A DNA stretch of 64,000 nucleotides from Paraspadella gotoi (taxonomy: Eukaryota; Animalia; Chaetognatha): NCBI GenBank assembly GCA_051294375.1, contig CM119270.1:19347572-19411571 (forward strand). Direction: 5' to 3'. Positions 40,233 through 53,710 of this stretch are shown here, piece by piece. A program made the translations under genes and the position numbers. Every line of letters starts with the position of its first letter. The first letter of the stretch is position 1. Below the pieces are notes generated by a model. The model saw only the letters and a program-made list of their open reading frames with translations. It searched no databases and had not been told where the DNA came from.

Positions 40233-41087
40233 ACAACTGAAAGTGTCATGATTTTAGTCGGGGTGAACCTAGGCAATGCCCGACTACAGGTCTAGACTCA
40301 CTTGTAAATTAGAACCCAATGTTAAGTCCTTCAAAATCTATCGAAGCTAATAAAGGAAAGTAAGGTCACGCAACCCACCCGGCTCCTATTGATGCCCTCA
40401 CTCTACCGCGTGGCATCCAAAGCCTCACCTTTCATTCCGACCTTCCCCACTATTTACTTCACCCTGCCTTACCCGCCCTCGTCTCCTCGGGCGCCAACGC
40501 GTCGCCGCATGAATTTTCCATGAAGTTGACTTTTAGCTGCGGAACCAAGGAGAAAGAGTTTGGCCGGAGGGCGCAAGGAATGCCATGTGCGCTCTCCCAG
40601 GGGGAAGAATGCCATGTGCTTGTTCTTCGAATGCCTGGCGGGGATTGCCATGTATGCCATGTGTTTTTTTATTTAAATGAACTTTCCTGTTAAATGCCTT
40701 GTCAAGAATGACCTGCTCGCGTTGTTAAATAAATCAATTAAATGAAAGTAAATTAAAAATCAAATTAATGAGAATGTCATGCTCTTTTTCTACTCAAGGA
40801 GTTCTAGTCGGGCCTCTATATTAAAGAATGCCATTTTTGCAAACTATCTAGTTGACATTGCCTTTTGAAATTTGAGCGCAGAAAATGCCATCCGCGTCTC
40901 TCGATTCCTACAATGCCATCAGCGCCGTGGCGACAGAAACAAAAGTCGCTGAGGTGAAAACGCGAGAAAAAAGAGTCGCTCGGATCGTTTCACCAAAAAG
41001 GCCTTCATTAGTTACTCCTTTATGGCCTTTTTCACCGGTTTTAAGGGCGTTTTGATCTCATTGCCGACCGCGTCTCTCTCTCTCTCT

Positions 41088-41164
<77 letters not shown>

Positions 41165-41257
41165 CTCTCTCTCTCGTCTCTCTTTCTTCCTGTCCTCGCT
41201 TACCCTCCTTAGGTTTACGCACCACTCAGCCAAAATTTTTATTCCTCCTTTCTATAC

Positions 41258-41295
<38 letters not shown>

Positions 41296-41785
41296 TGAGG
41301 TGAACAAAGATGAGGAAAACGAAGTTTAATGAATTTCATTGATAATCAAAATGATTTCTGAACAGAAATACGTATTTGTCCTTTATTTTAACAAAGTATA
41401 CATTAACTAAGTAATTTTAATATGATAAACGCTTATAAACTATATTTCTTGGTGATAAATTTAAGTAAAAATACAAATACGCCAGCAATCTGATCGAAAA
41501 CTGACTCATTACACTGATTTCGATTCCAGATGAGACTAAGGGAAGGAAAATAAAAAGAAAAACAAAATAAAAAATAACGACAAAAAAGAGAGGAAAGAAA
41601 GAAAAAAAGAAAGAAAAAGAAAATTAAAAAAGGAAGAAAAAGGGTTTTTGCATTTCTGTGGATTTCGTCGCATTACCCGTTGGCGGAGGCGGCGGTGGCG
41701 GCAGCGGAAACGGCGGCGGCAGCGGCGGCGGCCGCTTTCAAATCCCGCAATTTATGGGTCCTTCTTGGCTCCTCAAATCTCCTTT

Positions 41786-41867
<82 letters not shown>

Positions 41868-42505
41868 AAAAAGAAAGAAAAATAGCGAAACTGCGATCCG
41901 AGGAATAGGCATTGCTTCTGTGGAAACAAAAACTCCCGACGGAAACAAATTCACATGAATAGAACAAAAAATGCCATCATGAAGAACAAATTCCGTCGAG
42001 AAGAACAACAAAAGAAAACAAAACCACCTGAGGCGCCGCCATCTTTTTTTCGGAGGGCGGTGGAGGGGGGGGGCGAGCTGTCGTGTGTTTTTCAATTTTC
42101 AAAACGAAAAAATAATATCGATTTTTTTTCGTTCACAATTTTTTNNNNNNNNNNAATAAAAAACGTCGATGGCTGCGGCGAGAATAAAAAGCCGGAGAAA
42201 AAAAAAGGAAAGGAAAAAAGAAAAGAAAAGAAAAAAGAAAAGAAAAGAAAAGAAAAGAAAAGAAAGGAACAAAGATCCTGTTTCAAGGAGAAATCGAAAG
42301 CTAACCGGAAAAATTTGTTTTCACTACAACCAGAGAGAGAGAGAGAGAGNNNNNNNNNNNNNNNNNNNNNNNNNNNNNNNNNNNNNNNNNNNNNNNNNNN
42401 NNNNNNNNNNNNNNNNNNNNNNNNNNNNNNNNNNNNNNNNNNNNNNNNNNNNNNNNNNNNNNNNNNNNNNNNNNNNNNNNNNNNNNNNNNNNNNNNNNNN
42501 NNNNN

Positions 42506-42536
<31 letters not shown>

Positions 42537-43244
42537 AGGGGAATCTGTGAAAAATCACGGCTGAGGATTCACAAAGCGTGAATTTACTGGGATCAGTCGG
42601 TTTTTTTTTCACTGACAAAATCTTGCTTCAGTACAGATGCGAGAGAACTTGATTTTCATAATCCAATAAAACATCAATCAGTCATTCAATTAATCACTCA
42701 ATAAGTCATTCCATAATGCAATTAATAAATTAGTCAATCAACCGATAATTTAATTAATCCATTATGCAATCATTAAAAAAATCAAATCAATCATAAACCA
42801 ATTAAATCAATCAATCAAATCAATCAATCAATCATTCAATCATTTTCTACTTCACTCTCTGTTCCTCACACCCACTGTTTTCTATTATTCCCCCCGAGAC
42901 CTTCTTCTCCCCAAACGCCCTCCATCTTCGAATATTCCCCGGAGACACGCCCCTCCCCCTCTATCCCCCTCCGGAGGGGAAGGGGGGGGATCGGGGGGGT
43001 GCGTTCCCGGACGCCTTAACAAGTGGGTCAACCGGGTTTCGTCGAGAGATTCGGTGAAGATAAAAGTCTGGAGGTTTCCTGGAAACACGCCCGGGGAGAG
43101 AGAAGGGGAAGGGAGGAAAGGGGAAAGGTGAAGAGAGGAAAGGAATGGAACCCATTTTTGATAGTAGAGAAGGAAGGAGAGGAGGAGGATAAAGGAGGAA
43201 GAAGAAGAAGAGGAGGAGGAGGAAGAGCAGGAAGAAAAAGGAAA

Positions 43245-43640
43245 GAAATAGTGGAGATCCCTGATAGAGAAAGAGGAAGGGAAGGAGGGGGAAGAAGAAA
43301 AGGGGGAAAAAAAGGTGGAGATTCTTGATAAAGGACGAGGAAGAGGAGGAAGAGATAAAAGAAAAGGAGGAAAGAAAAAGGAGGAAGGAAAGAGGAAAGA
43401 AATAGTGGAGATTCCTGATAGAGGAGGAGGAGGGGGAGAAGGAGGAAGTAGAGGAATAAGAGTGGGAGAAAAGAAAGAGAAAAGAAAGTGATGGAGATTC
43501 TTGATATTTGAGGAAGAAGAGGAGGAAGAAGAGGAGTAGGAGGAGGGAATGAGGAAATAAAAAGAAAAAGAGTGATGGAGATTCTTGATATAGGAGGAAG
43601 AAGAGGAGGAAAGAAAGAGAAAAGAAAGTGATGGAGTTTC
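43245..43640. repeat. Purine-rich minisatellite anchored on (G/A)TGGAGATTCTTGATA
   Basis: Anchor motif recurs at ~43251, 43316, 43404, 43491, 43575 and 43631. Confidence 0.7.
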
Positions 43641-44748
43641 TCTTGGGAATTCAATGTCCTTCCGTTGGAAAAGCGAGGATTCCACCAAGCAAATAAAGTT
43701 CGTTTGCTTCTCGGGTTGTTTGTCTGACAATCTACTTGTTTGTCTGATAATCTGCTTGTTTGGACTTGCGGTTGGTCTGACAATCAATTTGTTTGTCGAT
43801 TTATTTTCTTTCGTTGTTTGTCATGCGAGCTAGAACTTATTTTCCGAATGAAACTGCGGCTGTTGAGCTCAATGTGTTGCTTCCTCTGGAGCGTGCCTGG
43901 ACCTCTCTTTTGTTTTACGGTTTCATGATAATTTGACATCTTACAAACCTTTATCTCAAAGATATATACAATGAAAAATAATGTTCTTCAGAAACTTATT
44001 CCGTTTTTAACAACATAAAAAAAATTTTAATTGTTTTCATTTTAATTAATTAATTTTATTTAATTAACTGTTTTTTTTTCTCTATATTTTATTATGTTTT
44101 TTGTTTGCTCAGACTTAGTCTATGTTTGTTTGTTGATGACGATTGTACTGAATCAACCTTGTTGTATTCGAATAAAATCGCATATATAATTATGTTTAGG
44201 CAATCTGATCCTACTAAAAATTGTCGTAAAAAAAAACAAAGCCATCAATTAATCGCTAGTCAAAGAATATTTTTAGCATCTAAAACCCCAAACATGCAAA
44301 GCTTTTATCCCTTATGTTTCTATTAATACCCATAGACAGTTTTTAAAAACGCCCCTAAATTTTTCTCCCCCATTTTTCAATACGTAGTATAAATATTTCC
44401 TCAGGTTTTTTATCGGGCTTAGGAAGACCCGTTTCTTTCCCCCCTATTTCATCGGTGTTTCTCTCTAACCCCCGGATGCAATGATAATTATATATATAAT
44501 ATTTTTCTTTTACATCCCTATCGGGTAGTTAAAGAGCCCACTTCCCCATTTCGTCGCATGGCTTAAGTCTAAAACTTTCGCTTATTCTGTCCCCCCCCCG
44601 ATTTCCGTTTTTTTCTTCTTTTTCGCTGTCCCGATCTTTCTGTCTCCCTACGATCCAACTGTCCTACTTTCCTCGCTATCATTTTCTTTCTCCCCCGAAC
44701 TTTCCTGCTTTTTCGTTCTCTCTCTCTCTTTTTTTTAAACGTCAACAG

Positions 44749-45759
44749 CGACAACGCCGATGATTTACGAGGAGGATCACGTGAAAGCCTCGGATTACAA
44801 TAACTTGAAAGATTACAATAACTTGGAGGATTACAATAACTACCCATATCAATCGGAATACTACGAATTTCTGGATTATGACGAAAATGTCTCATCGAAC
44901 TCTGACGCCGATGATGACGACATCCAAATATCGACCCACTTCCAGCTGCAGAATCAAGGAAGCGGCGACGCGGCGTACGCTGCGGTCTACGCTGCGGAAG
45001 CGGACGAAAAGGAAGCAGCCGTTGGAGCGGCGGGAGTCGTAGCGGCTAAAAAAGCGAAACCAGAAGCGAAAGAAAAAGGAAAAAGAGTCAATGAAAAAGC
45101 GGACATAAAAATGACGAAAGCGAAAAAGCGAAAGACGGAAGCGGAACCGCTTCTTCAAAACGACGCCGCGTCTTCTCTCGACGCAAATGGCGCCGCTTTC
45201 GCCAGTCGAGGCGAAACTCTGGCGCTGCGATCATATCAGCGCGACGATAGCGCTGCCGCCGACGCAGCCGCCACCGCCGCCGCTGCCGACTCCGCCGCCG
45301 ACGCCGCCCACGTCAAGACCCATCCCGCCAAACGATTCCACCCGCAACGTCTTCCTCCGCTGCCTCAGGACATCCAGAAGTTTCTCGATCAAAACGGTTG
45401 GGACGCGCCGCTGCGGCGGCCGGAGGAGCAGCAGGAGCCGCGACAGCAGCAGCTTGAAACTCAGCCGCGGCAGCAACAGCAGCCTCCGCAATCGTCGTCG
45501 TCGAAGGATGCTGCGAGCGTCCCCTCGCCGGGCCAGACGGGCTATCGACGGCCCCGCCCGCCGGCGTTGAGAGGGCACTCGGTCAGGATCCTGGCCCAAG
45601 ATTTCGTGTCGGTGGAGGAGGAGGCGATAGGCGTGCCCGTCGCGGCCGGCCTCGTGCCCGAACAGCCCCTCAGGGCTTTCAACTTCTCCATCAGCATTCT
45701 CAAGAATCTCAAAGGCCTCGATGATGACGAGCAGAAGCAAAAGTGGGAGGCAAAGAAGG
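44749..45759 (+). CDS. Large internal coding exon of an uncharacterised protein (Tyr/Asp-rich N-part, Ala/Gln/Pro-rich)
   Basis: Pyrimidine tract then CAACAG|CG. Open for 337 codons with the same GC3-rich codon style as the kinase exons. Donor G|GTGAGT, phase 1-1. Confidence 0.7.
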
Positions 45760-46849
45760 GTGAGTCACGGGGCAAAGGCTGAGTGAGAACCTCACCTTTT
45801 ATCTCGAATCTAACTCACCTTGGCAAGTATCACGAATGTCGCGAAAGTAACTACTCGATTCACACGATATCGCTTCATCACTAGATTATGTCACGGCTCA
45901 CGTGTCACGGACCTCACCACGATTCACCGATTCGTCTCTCACGCAAAATGATTTCACGTGGATATGTCTTCACTTACCCGACCCCTTTAGCTCACACATA
46001 GTGAATATTCACCTTTTTAATCCCGAATCACCGACGCACCCCTCGTATTCACGATCGATAATCACAAGCGGTGATGATATATAAATTAACTTATCACCGC
46101 CGTGACGCGATGTCACCGATCTCTCACTTCACCTAATCACGATTCTAATTTGCTGTCACCAATTGTTCTTCACTTGATTTGAAGTACAAACACAAACAAT
46201 ATACAACGAAAAAAAACCCCGCGTAAAGAAAAAGAAAAAAAGATCACGTTTCTCAAGGCTGCGATCCAAAGCGCTCTTTGCGTATCTTTTCACAGTTTCA
46301 TGGTTTCACACTTTCTCACAATTTCTCACACTTTTTAAGCCGCGTTTTCTTCACGTTCACTCTTTCACTTTCTTTTTATTTCGCACCGCGAATGTCATTA
46401 ACAAAAACTGACTTTTTCGTTTTATCGCACTGAGTACAGAAGAAGTTGCACACTAATTTTTTTTCTTTTTAATCACTAATTCAACTGTACTTTTTTTTTA
46501 TACAAATTTCGATTAAAAAAAAAATAAAGGATAATTTTGATTATATTATTCAAATCCTCTAACATTCACCGGGCTGATAGCATGAAAACAACAGGCGCTG
46601 AAAAATTTTGAAGCACGATTAAATGGAATATAAGTTATGAATGTAACAGTGATTGTTTAAATGTTTTTTAGTATTTGTAAAAAAATTAATTTGTTTCATG
46701 GAAACTACATAGCTTCAAAATTTTTTTGCGTCATTTTTTGTGATTTTTTTGTGATTTATCCTGTGACGCTCAACACTAAACAAATAAAAAAACCACAGTA
46801 TCGGGAGTTCAGTTTCCAATAAAAGTTAACGTCTCGTTGGAAGGAGTTC

Positions 46850-46920
46850 TCGCTCGCAGGAGCGAATGCTCGCAGGAGCGATTGCTCGTAGAAGCGAATG
46901 CTCGTAGAAGCGATTGCTCG
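46850..46920. repeat. 16-bp tandem repeat (GCTCG[C/T]AG[G/A]AGCGA[A/T]T) x4
   Basis: Directly visible. Units are internally palindromic (GCTC..GAGC). Confidence 0.8.
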
Positions 46921-47471
46921 TTAGACACTTTCATAAACATTTTTCAGTCATTTTTATTAGCCGTTTAAAACATAAAAAAAAACATTAATTTTTCAAATAT
47001 CACTCTGTGAAAGGCAATCACAGTATTTCTGTGTCACGATTACATGAGTTTCAATTTTGTTTTTTTTTTAATTTAAGGATTTTTGTTCTCTTTTTATCCA
47101 ATATCCGAGTGTAATTCTCTAAGAACAAATATTTTTTGCTGTTAGTTACACTTTTTTTCTTTTTTTTTTCTACTTTTTTTTTTTTTGCTTTAATCTACTT
47201 CATGATTCATTTCGAATTTTATGGCCGCAGTAAAGGTGTTGGCCAAAGGGAGAAAAAAAAGAACAATGAAGCGAAAAAGACAAAGGAGGAAAAAGGACAA
47301 AGAGGAAAAGAGGCCCCCCTTTTATCGAAGGACAAGTCTCTTTATTGTCCTTTATTGTCCTTTCCGTTTTTACGGTCAATTTCTCCCCCATTATTTCGAA
47401 ATCGTGTATCAAACTAAAAGTCACGGGTTTTTTATGGCAATTATGAAAAAAAAAGGTCTCTCTCTTCTTCT

Positions 47472-47525
<54 letters not shown>

Positions 47526-49094
47526 TCTCTCTCTCCTCTCTCCCCTCCCATTAAATGCTCCCCCATCGGTGCCAAGAATTAACGTTTTCTCTCTCAGAAA
47601 CATTAAAGGTTTGGCCAAAATGAAAAGATCCGTCAATAAATAAAAGAAGAGAAGATCATTTGATTAGACTTTTGTTATGTATGAAATAAAACTATTAAAA
47701 CTGTTTATTTTTTAAGAAAAGAATATATTTAACTCTTTATGTAAATTTTAAATTATATTTGGTGTGGAGAGTAAGTTGGGAGTGAGGGGAGAAAGAGAAA
47801 AAAAGGAGAGGAAAAAATCAAATGGAGGAAGAAAGAAGAGAGAAAAGAGAGACAAGCGAGACGAGGAGAGGGAGTAAAAGGGAGGAAATGGAGGAAAGGA
47901 AAGAGAAAGAAGATAAGAAAAAAAAGAAAGGGAGGAAATAGAAGGAAAGGAAACAGAAACAAGAAAATAAAGAGAAGAAAAGGAAGGAATTGGAGGAAAG
48001 AAAAGAGAAACAAGATAAGAAAGAAAGGAGAGGGAGGAAATAGAAGGAAAAAAAAACAGAAACAAGAAAATAAAGAAAAGAAAAGGAAAGAATTGGAGGA
48101 AAGGAAAGAGAAAGGAGAAAATTGAATGAAAAAGGAAAGAGGGACAGCGCAATTGAATAAACCCTGAATGGACAGAGAATTGAGGCGGGAGACAAATGTC
48201 TTGGTGATGGTTTCGAAATGAAAAGAAGGACGACGACGACGACGAGAACGACGACGACGACGACGACGAGAACGACGACGACGACGTTCCCTTTTCGCGA
48301 ATCAAAAGTCCGAGTTTTAATTAATTTACGACCCTCGTTTCCCCATTTACATCCGGACCTCGTTTCCCCATTTACATCCGGACTTTTGGGAATGCGGCCC
48401 CTCATCTCATCTCATCACCCCCCCCCTTCCCCAATCGGCCTCCTTCCTTTTTCCCAAAGGACCGGTCGGGAAAGGAAATGACCAGAAGTTGTCAAGACAC
48501 TCCCCCCCTTCTATCTCTCGCTTACTTTTCTTTCTTTCTTTCTTTCTTTCTTCTTTCTTTCTTTTCTTTCTTTCTTTCTTCTTTCTTTCTTTCTTTCTTC
48601 TTTTCTTTCTTTTTCTTTCTTTTCTTTTCTTTCTTTCTTTTCTCTTTCTTTCTTTCATTAATTCTCTCTTCTTTCATTTTTCTTTCTTTCAATTTCTCTT
48701 TTCTTTCTTTCATTAATTTCTCTCTTTCTTTCATTCTTTCTCTCAATCTTTATACTTTCTTTCTTTTTATTACTTTCTTACTTTTTCTTTCTTACTTTCT
48801 TTCTTTCCTTCTTTCTTTCTCACTTACTCTTTTTTCTCTCTTTCTTTCTTTCATTTAATTTTTTCCTCGAGACGTCGTTCTCCTTTGAAATGGCTTTTGT
48901 GATATATTTCTAAATAGGCCATTAACTTAATTGATTAATTGCTAATTTTTCCTTTGCTCCTGTTTTTGATGGGTTGAATTTTCCCCATTTTCTCTTTCAT
49001 CTTATTTAGTCTCACATTTTTCTCTCAACCTGACTTTCCTTTTTGCTTCCTCCTCGTGTCGGTATTGTAAACATTAGTTGGCTCTCTTCTTCAA

Positions 49095-49250
49095 AAGCGC
49101 CCCATTTCTGAAAATAATTTTAAATTAACCTTTTACCTCAAAACATGTAACCCTAGTCTCTAACCCTAATCCTTAATTATTAACCTAATGCCTAACCCTA
49201 ATCCCAAACCTAATCCATAACCCTAATTTTTAAACTTAAGTGGGTCGCTT
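49095..49250. mobile_element. Small element with 13-bp imperfect inverted ends enclosing degenerate (TAACCC)n repeats
   Basis: AAGCGCCCCATTT (49095) versus AAGTGGGTCGCTT (49238), an 11/13 inverted match. TAACCCT at 49148, 49161, 49194 and 49218. Confidence 0.5.
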
Positions 49251-50373
49251 GAGAAATTTTCCTTTATTCTTTCATTTCCTCCTTTGTCCCTTTCTTTCCT
49301 TTCTTTCTCCCAAAAACCTTTACTCCTTTTCCCGTATCTTCTTTTCCTTCTATCTTTACCTTTACCTCTCTTTCCTTCCTTTTTTCTCCTCCTTTTCCTT
49401 TTCTCCCTTTACCTCTCCTTCTTCTCTTTCCTTACTTTTCTCTTCCTCCTTTCCCCTTCCTTTCCTTCTTTTACCTCCGTTTCTTCTCTTTCCTTTCCAT
49501 TCTTCTCCTCACTTTTCCTTCCTTTCCTCCCTTTACCTTCCTTTCTTTTCTTTCCTTCCTTTTATCCTCCTCCCTTTCCTTTTCTCCCTTTACCTCTCCT
49601 TCTTCTCTTTTCTTTCCATTCTTCTCCTCTCTTTCCCTTCCTTTCCTCCCTTTACCTTCATTTCTTCTCTTTCCTTCCTTTTCTCCTCCTCCCTTCCCCT
49701 TCCTTTCCTCCCTTTTCCTCCCTTTCCTCCCTCCATCCTCAACTTCCCCTTTCCTCAACTAAATTGCCCCAAATGTCTTTCTTCTTCTCAGAAAAGGGTT
49801 CTCCTTTCCTCTTCTCTGCACCTGACCCTCTCGGCCTTTCACCCAATTTCCTTTTTTTTTTGTCAAATTCCTTCACCTCTTCCTTTTTCTTTTTACCTTT
49901 CTCCTTTTTTTCTACTCTGTCCCTTTTTTTTTTCCTCATAACCACCTTCTCGTTCTCTCCCTCATCTTCACTCCCTCTCTCTCTTTCTCCCCCCCCCCTC
50001 TCCTTCTCATTCTCCCGCTGTCTACCACGCTTCCCTCGTAATTCAATCCTGATGTGAAACAAGGACGAGAAGGAGGAGGAGGAGGAGGAGGAAGAGGAAG
50101 AGGAGGAGGAGGAGGAGAAGAAGAAAAGGGGCAGGGAACGAGGGGACGCTTTTATTGGATTTTATCTCAGCGGTCAAGAAGAATCAAAGTTGACCGCGGG
50201 TTCGAAATCCCACCCGGGATTCTGGCGGGAAGAGAGATGGGGAGAGAGAGAGGGAGGTCAGACAGAGAGAGAAAATTTTCTTTGAGAGAAAAGGAAGGTA
50301 ATTACGCTTAGGAAAGTTTAAAAAAACATAAAAAACCAGAATAGAGAAGAAAAAGCGAGAGAGAGAGAGAAAG

Positions 50374-50444
<71 letters not shown>

Positions 50445-51505
50445 AAAAAAATGAAAATGGGTCAAAAGAACCGTGTCTTTTTTTTTCTGATCTCGTTTAA
50501 ATTTGGGATCAAAAACCAAAAAAAATGTTCATTTAATCTCATCTCCAATTTTATTTCTTCCTCCCCTTCTCCTCCTCCTCCTCCCTCCCTCCCTCCCTCC
50601 CTCCCTCCCTCCCTTCCCCCACCCTTCTTAATCGACCCTCACGTTCGGACGCCTCAATTCACTTACCCAATTCACTTACCTCCATCAAACGGGAAAAAAA
50701 GGTAAGTGATTTTTTTCTCTTTTCAGTTCCGAGTTCATGAACTTATTTTTTTTACTCTCGCTTGGATTTTCGTGCCATCGATTTTACTATTAGTTTCTTT
50801 CTTTGTTGTCTGTGAAGATACCGAATACGGCGGGACGGCATATATATAATGCCCAAACGTCTTTCGCTTCTCAATGCTTAACTATTATAGAGAGAGGTAT
50901 GTTAATGTTGTCTTCTGGAAATTGAGGGTGTATCGAGACAACACAAGATTATGAACAAAACAATAAATAAACATAAATGATGTAAATATTATATTTAACG
51001 TTCTAACGTGATACCACGGTTATCACACTAGTAGAGATCTAATATAAAATTAAAATCAAAGGGGGCAGGGGTACAAAAATTTAGTCTTGATGTCTTCAGG
51101 TAGAAGTATAATTTGTTAAAAATTTTCAATTTTAATAGCTTTCAGGTAGCTATCAATTTTTTTAAAAATCAATCTTGAATTATTTTGATGGATTCTGATA
51201 GAGAACAAAAAGTTAAATAAAAAATATAATTACAACTTTTAAAAATTCCTAATTGTTTAAAAAAATGTATGAATTTTCGTTTGTGCAAGTGCTCAATTAA
51301 AACTTACTGAGATAGGCCACCCCTAACTCTAGGATGAAAGATGTAAGATCAAAACTCAACAGAAAAAGAAAAAAAAAGAAAAACCTTCTTTTTTTCTCTT
51401 TTCGTCTTTTTATTTTTCCTTCGTCTCTCGATCTTTTTTCAAGGACGGAAAAACCATAAAAGAAAAAAAATGCGAGAAACAAAATAAAGTTCTCTCCTCT
51501 CCTCT

Positions 51506-51578
<73 letters not shown>

Positions 51579-51749
51579 TTCTTTGTTCCCCGCCTTTTTT
51601 AGTTTTGCCGGCATCCGTTTTGCGACAAAGAGCCCAGTTCTTTTTTCTTTCTGAAAGTTGAATCGTGATTATTTTTTTTGGGGCTCTTTTTTTGCTTTGT
51701 TCTTCTTTGTTTTTGTTTTTGTTTTTAATATTCTTTTTGTAAATGTCAA

Positions 51750-51855
<106 letters not shown>

Positions 51856-52048
51856 TCTCTTTTCAACCGGAATCAAGAATTCTCTGCATCCGTCTCCAGA
51901 ATTCCCACCAGATTCCGCGCTCCGGTTTATGGGGCATCCATCTCTCTTCTACCTGCTTAATTTGATCCCCGGGCCAATTGTGTCTCTCTATCTCTTTGCC
52001 AAACTATCTCTCTTCTCTCTCTCTTTCTTCTACCTCTCTCTCTATCTG

Positions 52049-52100
<52 letters not shown>

Positions 52101-52150
52101 CTCTTCTCTCCTCTCTTCTCTCTCTCTTTCTCTACCTCTCTCTCTATCTC

Positions 52151-52210
<60 letters not shown>

Positions 52211-52666
52211 CTCTCTCTCTCTCTCGTCCATCCTCATTCCGCTTTGGCCTCCTTGATTGGCCTCGAGCAGAAAAGCTTCCTCCTTCTCCGTTGGGATCGA
52301 CTTTTTTAGGAAAGAGATGTCAACTGATTGGTCAGATGTTGATTGGTCAGATTTTGATTGGTCCGATTTTGTTTGATCCAATTTTTATAGCTGATTAGCG
52401 CAAGGTTCGATAACTGATTTGGAAAACTAATAGTTAATTTTAGAATTTTGATTATCATATTTACTTTTTTTATGAATTTACTCACGCCAATTTTAGAAAC
52501 TGTTTCTTATTAACTAATCATATACTTTTGCCAGGCTTGATGCGATATTTTTATACGATAATATATATCATAAACCTTAACTATTGTAAATAATAAATGT
52601 TTTAAAATCCTTGAGAGAGAACGTCTATCGTCGGTTTAATGGCCCTTGGGATTATGTCTCCTCATT

Positions 52667-52784
<118 letters not shown>

Positions 52785-53272
52785 GCGCAAAGATTTTTCC
52801 GGCCCAAAAATAAAAACGGCGCCGACAGGGATGGAATCTGCGATGCGAAGCGGCGCCGAAGGCCAAGTTTCCATCCACGTCGCCGCCCGGAATAAATCCG
52901 ACGCCGACGATGAATTTTGGAGCCAAAATTTGACGCCGGTTTTTAGGCGAATGAGACGATTCCACACCGAGTCTAAAAATAGCATCGGTGAATGGAACGA
53001 AACGGGATTAAGGAGAATGTATGGATCAAATACACTCAATCAACGAATGGGTGAATAGAAAAAAACTATAAATTGCCTATAGTACTTATAGTACAAGTCT
53101 GATGAATATTGAAATAAAGTGGAAAAGTTCCACAAAAATTAGGTGAGATTGCTTATAGTTAAACTCAAGTCGACTTTCGTAACTTAAGAAGTATTTGCAT
53201 AACAGGCCAACAAATTCATCCAATCGTAAATGATGGGACGCTGTAAATCGACCGGTTACCATCGTTTATTAA

Positions 53273-53401
<129 letters not shown>

Positions 53402-53524
53402 CGTGAAACTCCAGTTGCTAAGGACGAATCGTCGGTTGCCAAGGACGCTGAGAAATGTTTGGTCGCGCCCTCAGGGGGTTTCTTTCCTTCCTCCTATTCT
53501 CCAATCAATTTTCGGGTTTGTTTG

Positions 53525-53710
53525 TTTGTTTTCGTTTGTTTATTTCGTCAGTTTGTTCGTTTTTTAAAAGTTATTTTTTTCTTTTTTTCGTTGTTTCTTT
53601 TGTCAGTTTGTTCGTTTTTTAATAGTTAATTTTTTCTTTTGTTCGTTGTTTTTTTTTGTCAGTTTGTTCGTTTTTTAATAGTCACTTTGTTATTTTGTTC
53701 GTTTTTTTCG
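53525..53710. repeat. ~55-bp tandem repeat (GTCAGTTTGTTCGTTTTTTAA...) x3
   Basis: Directly visible. Confidence 0.7.

Noticed and set aside
43245-43640. Repeat-spacer pattern resembling CRISPR
   Set aside because: The spacers are related low-complexity purine runs, the context is eukaryotic and there are no cas genes.
53099-53125. CTGATGA...GAAA as a second hammerhead (CTGATGA also occurs at 33764 and on the minus strand at ~19393)
   Set aside because: None has a stem II or a correctly placed UH cleavage site with stem I pairing.
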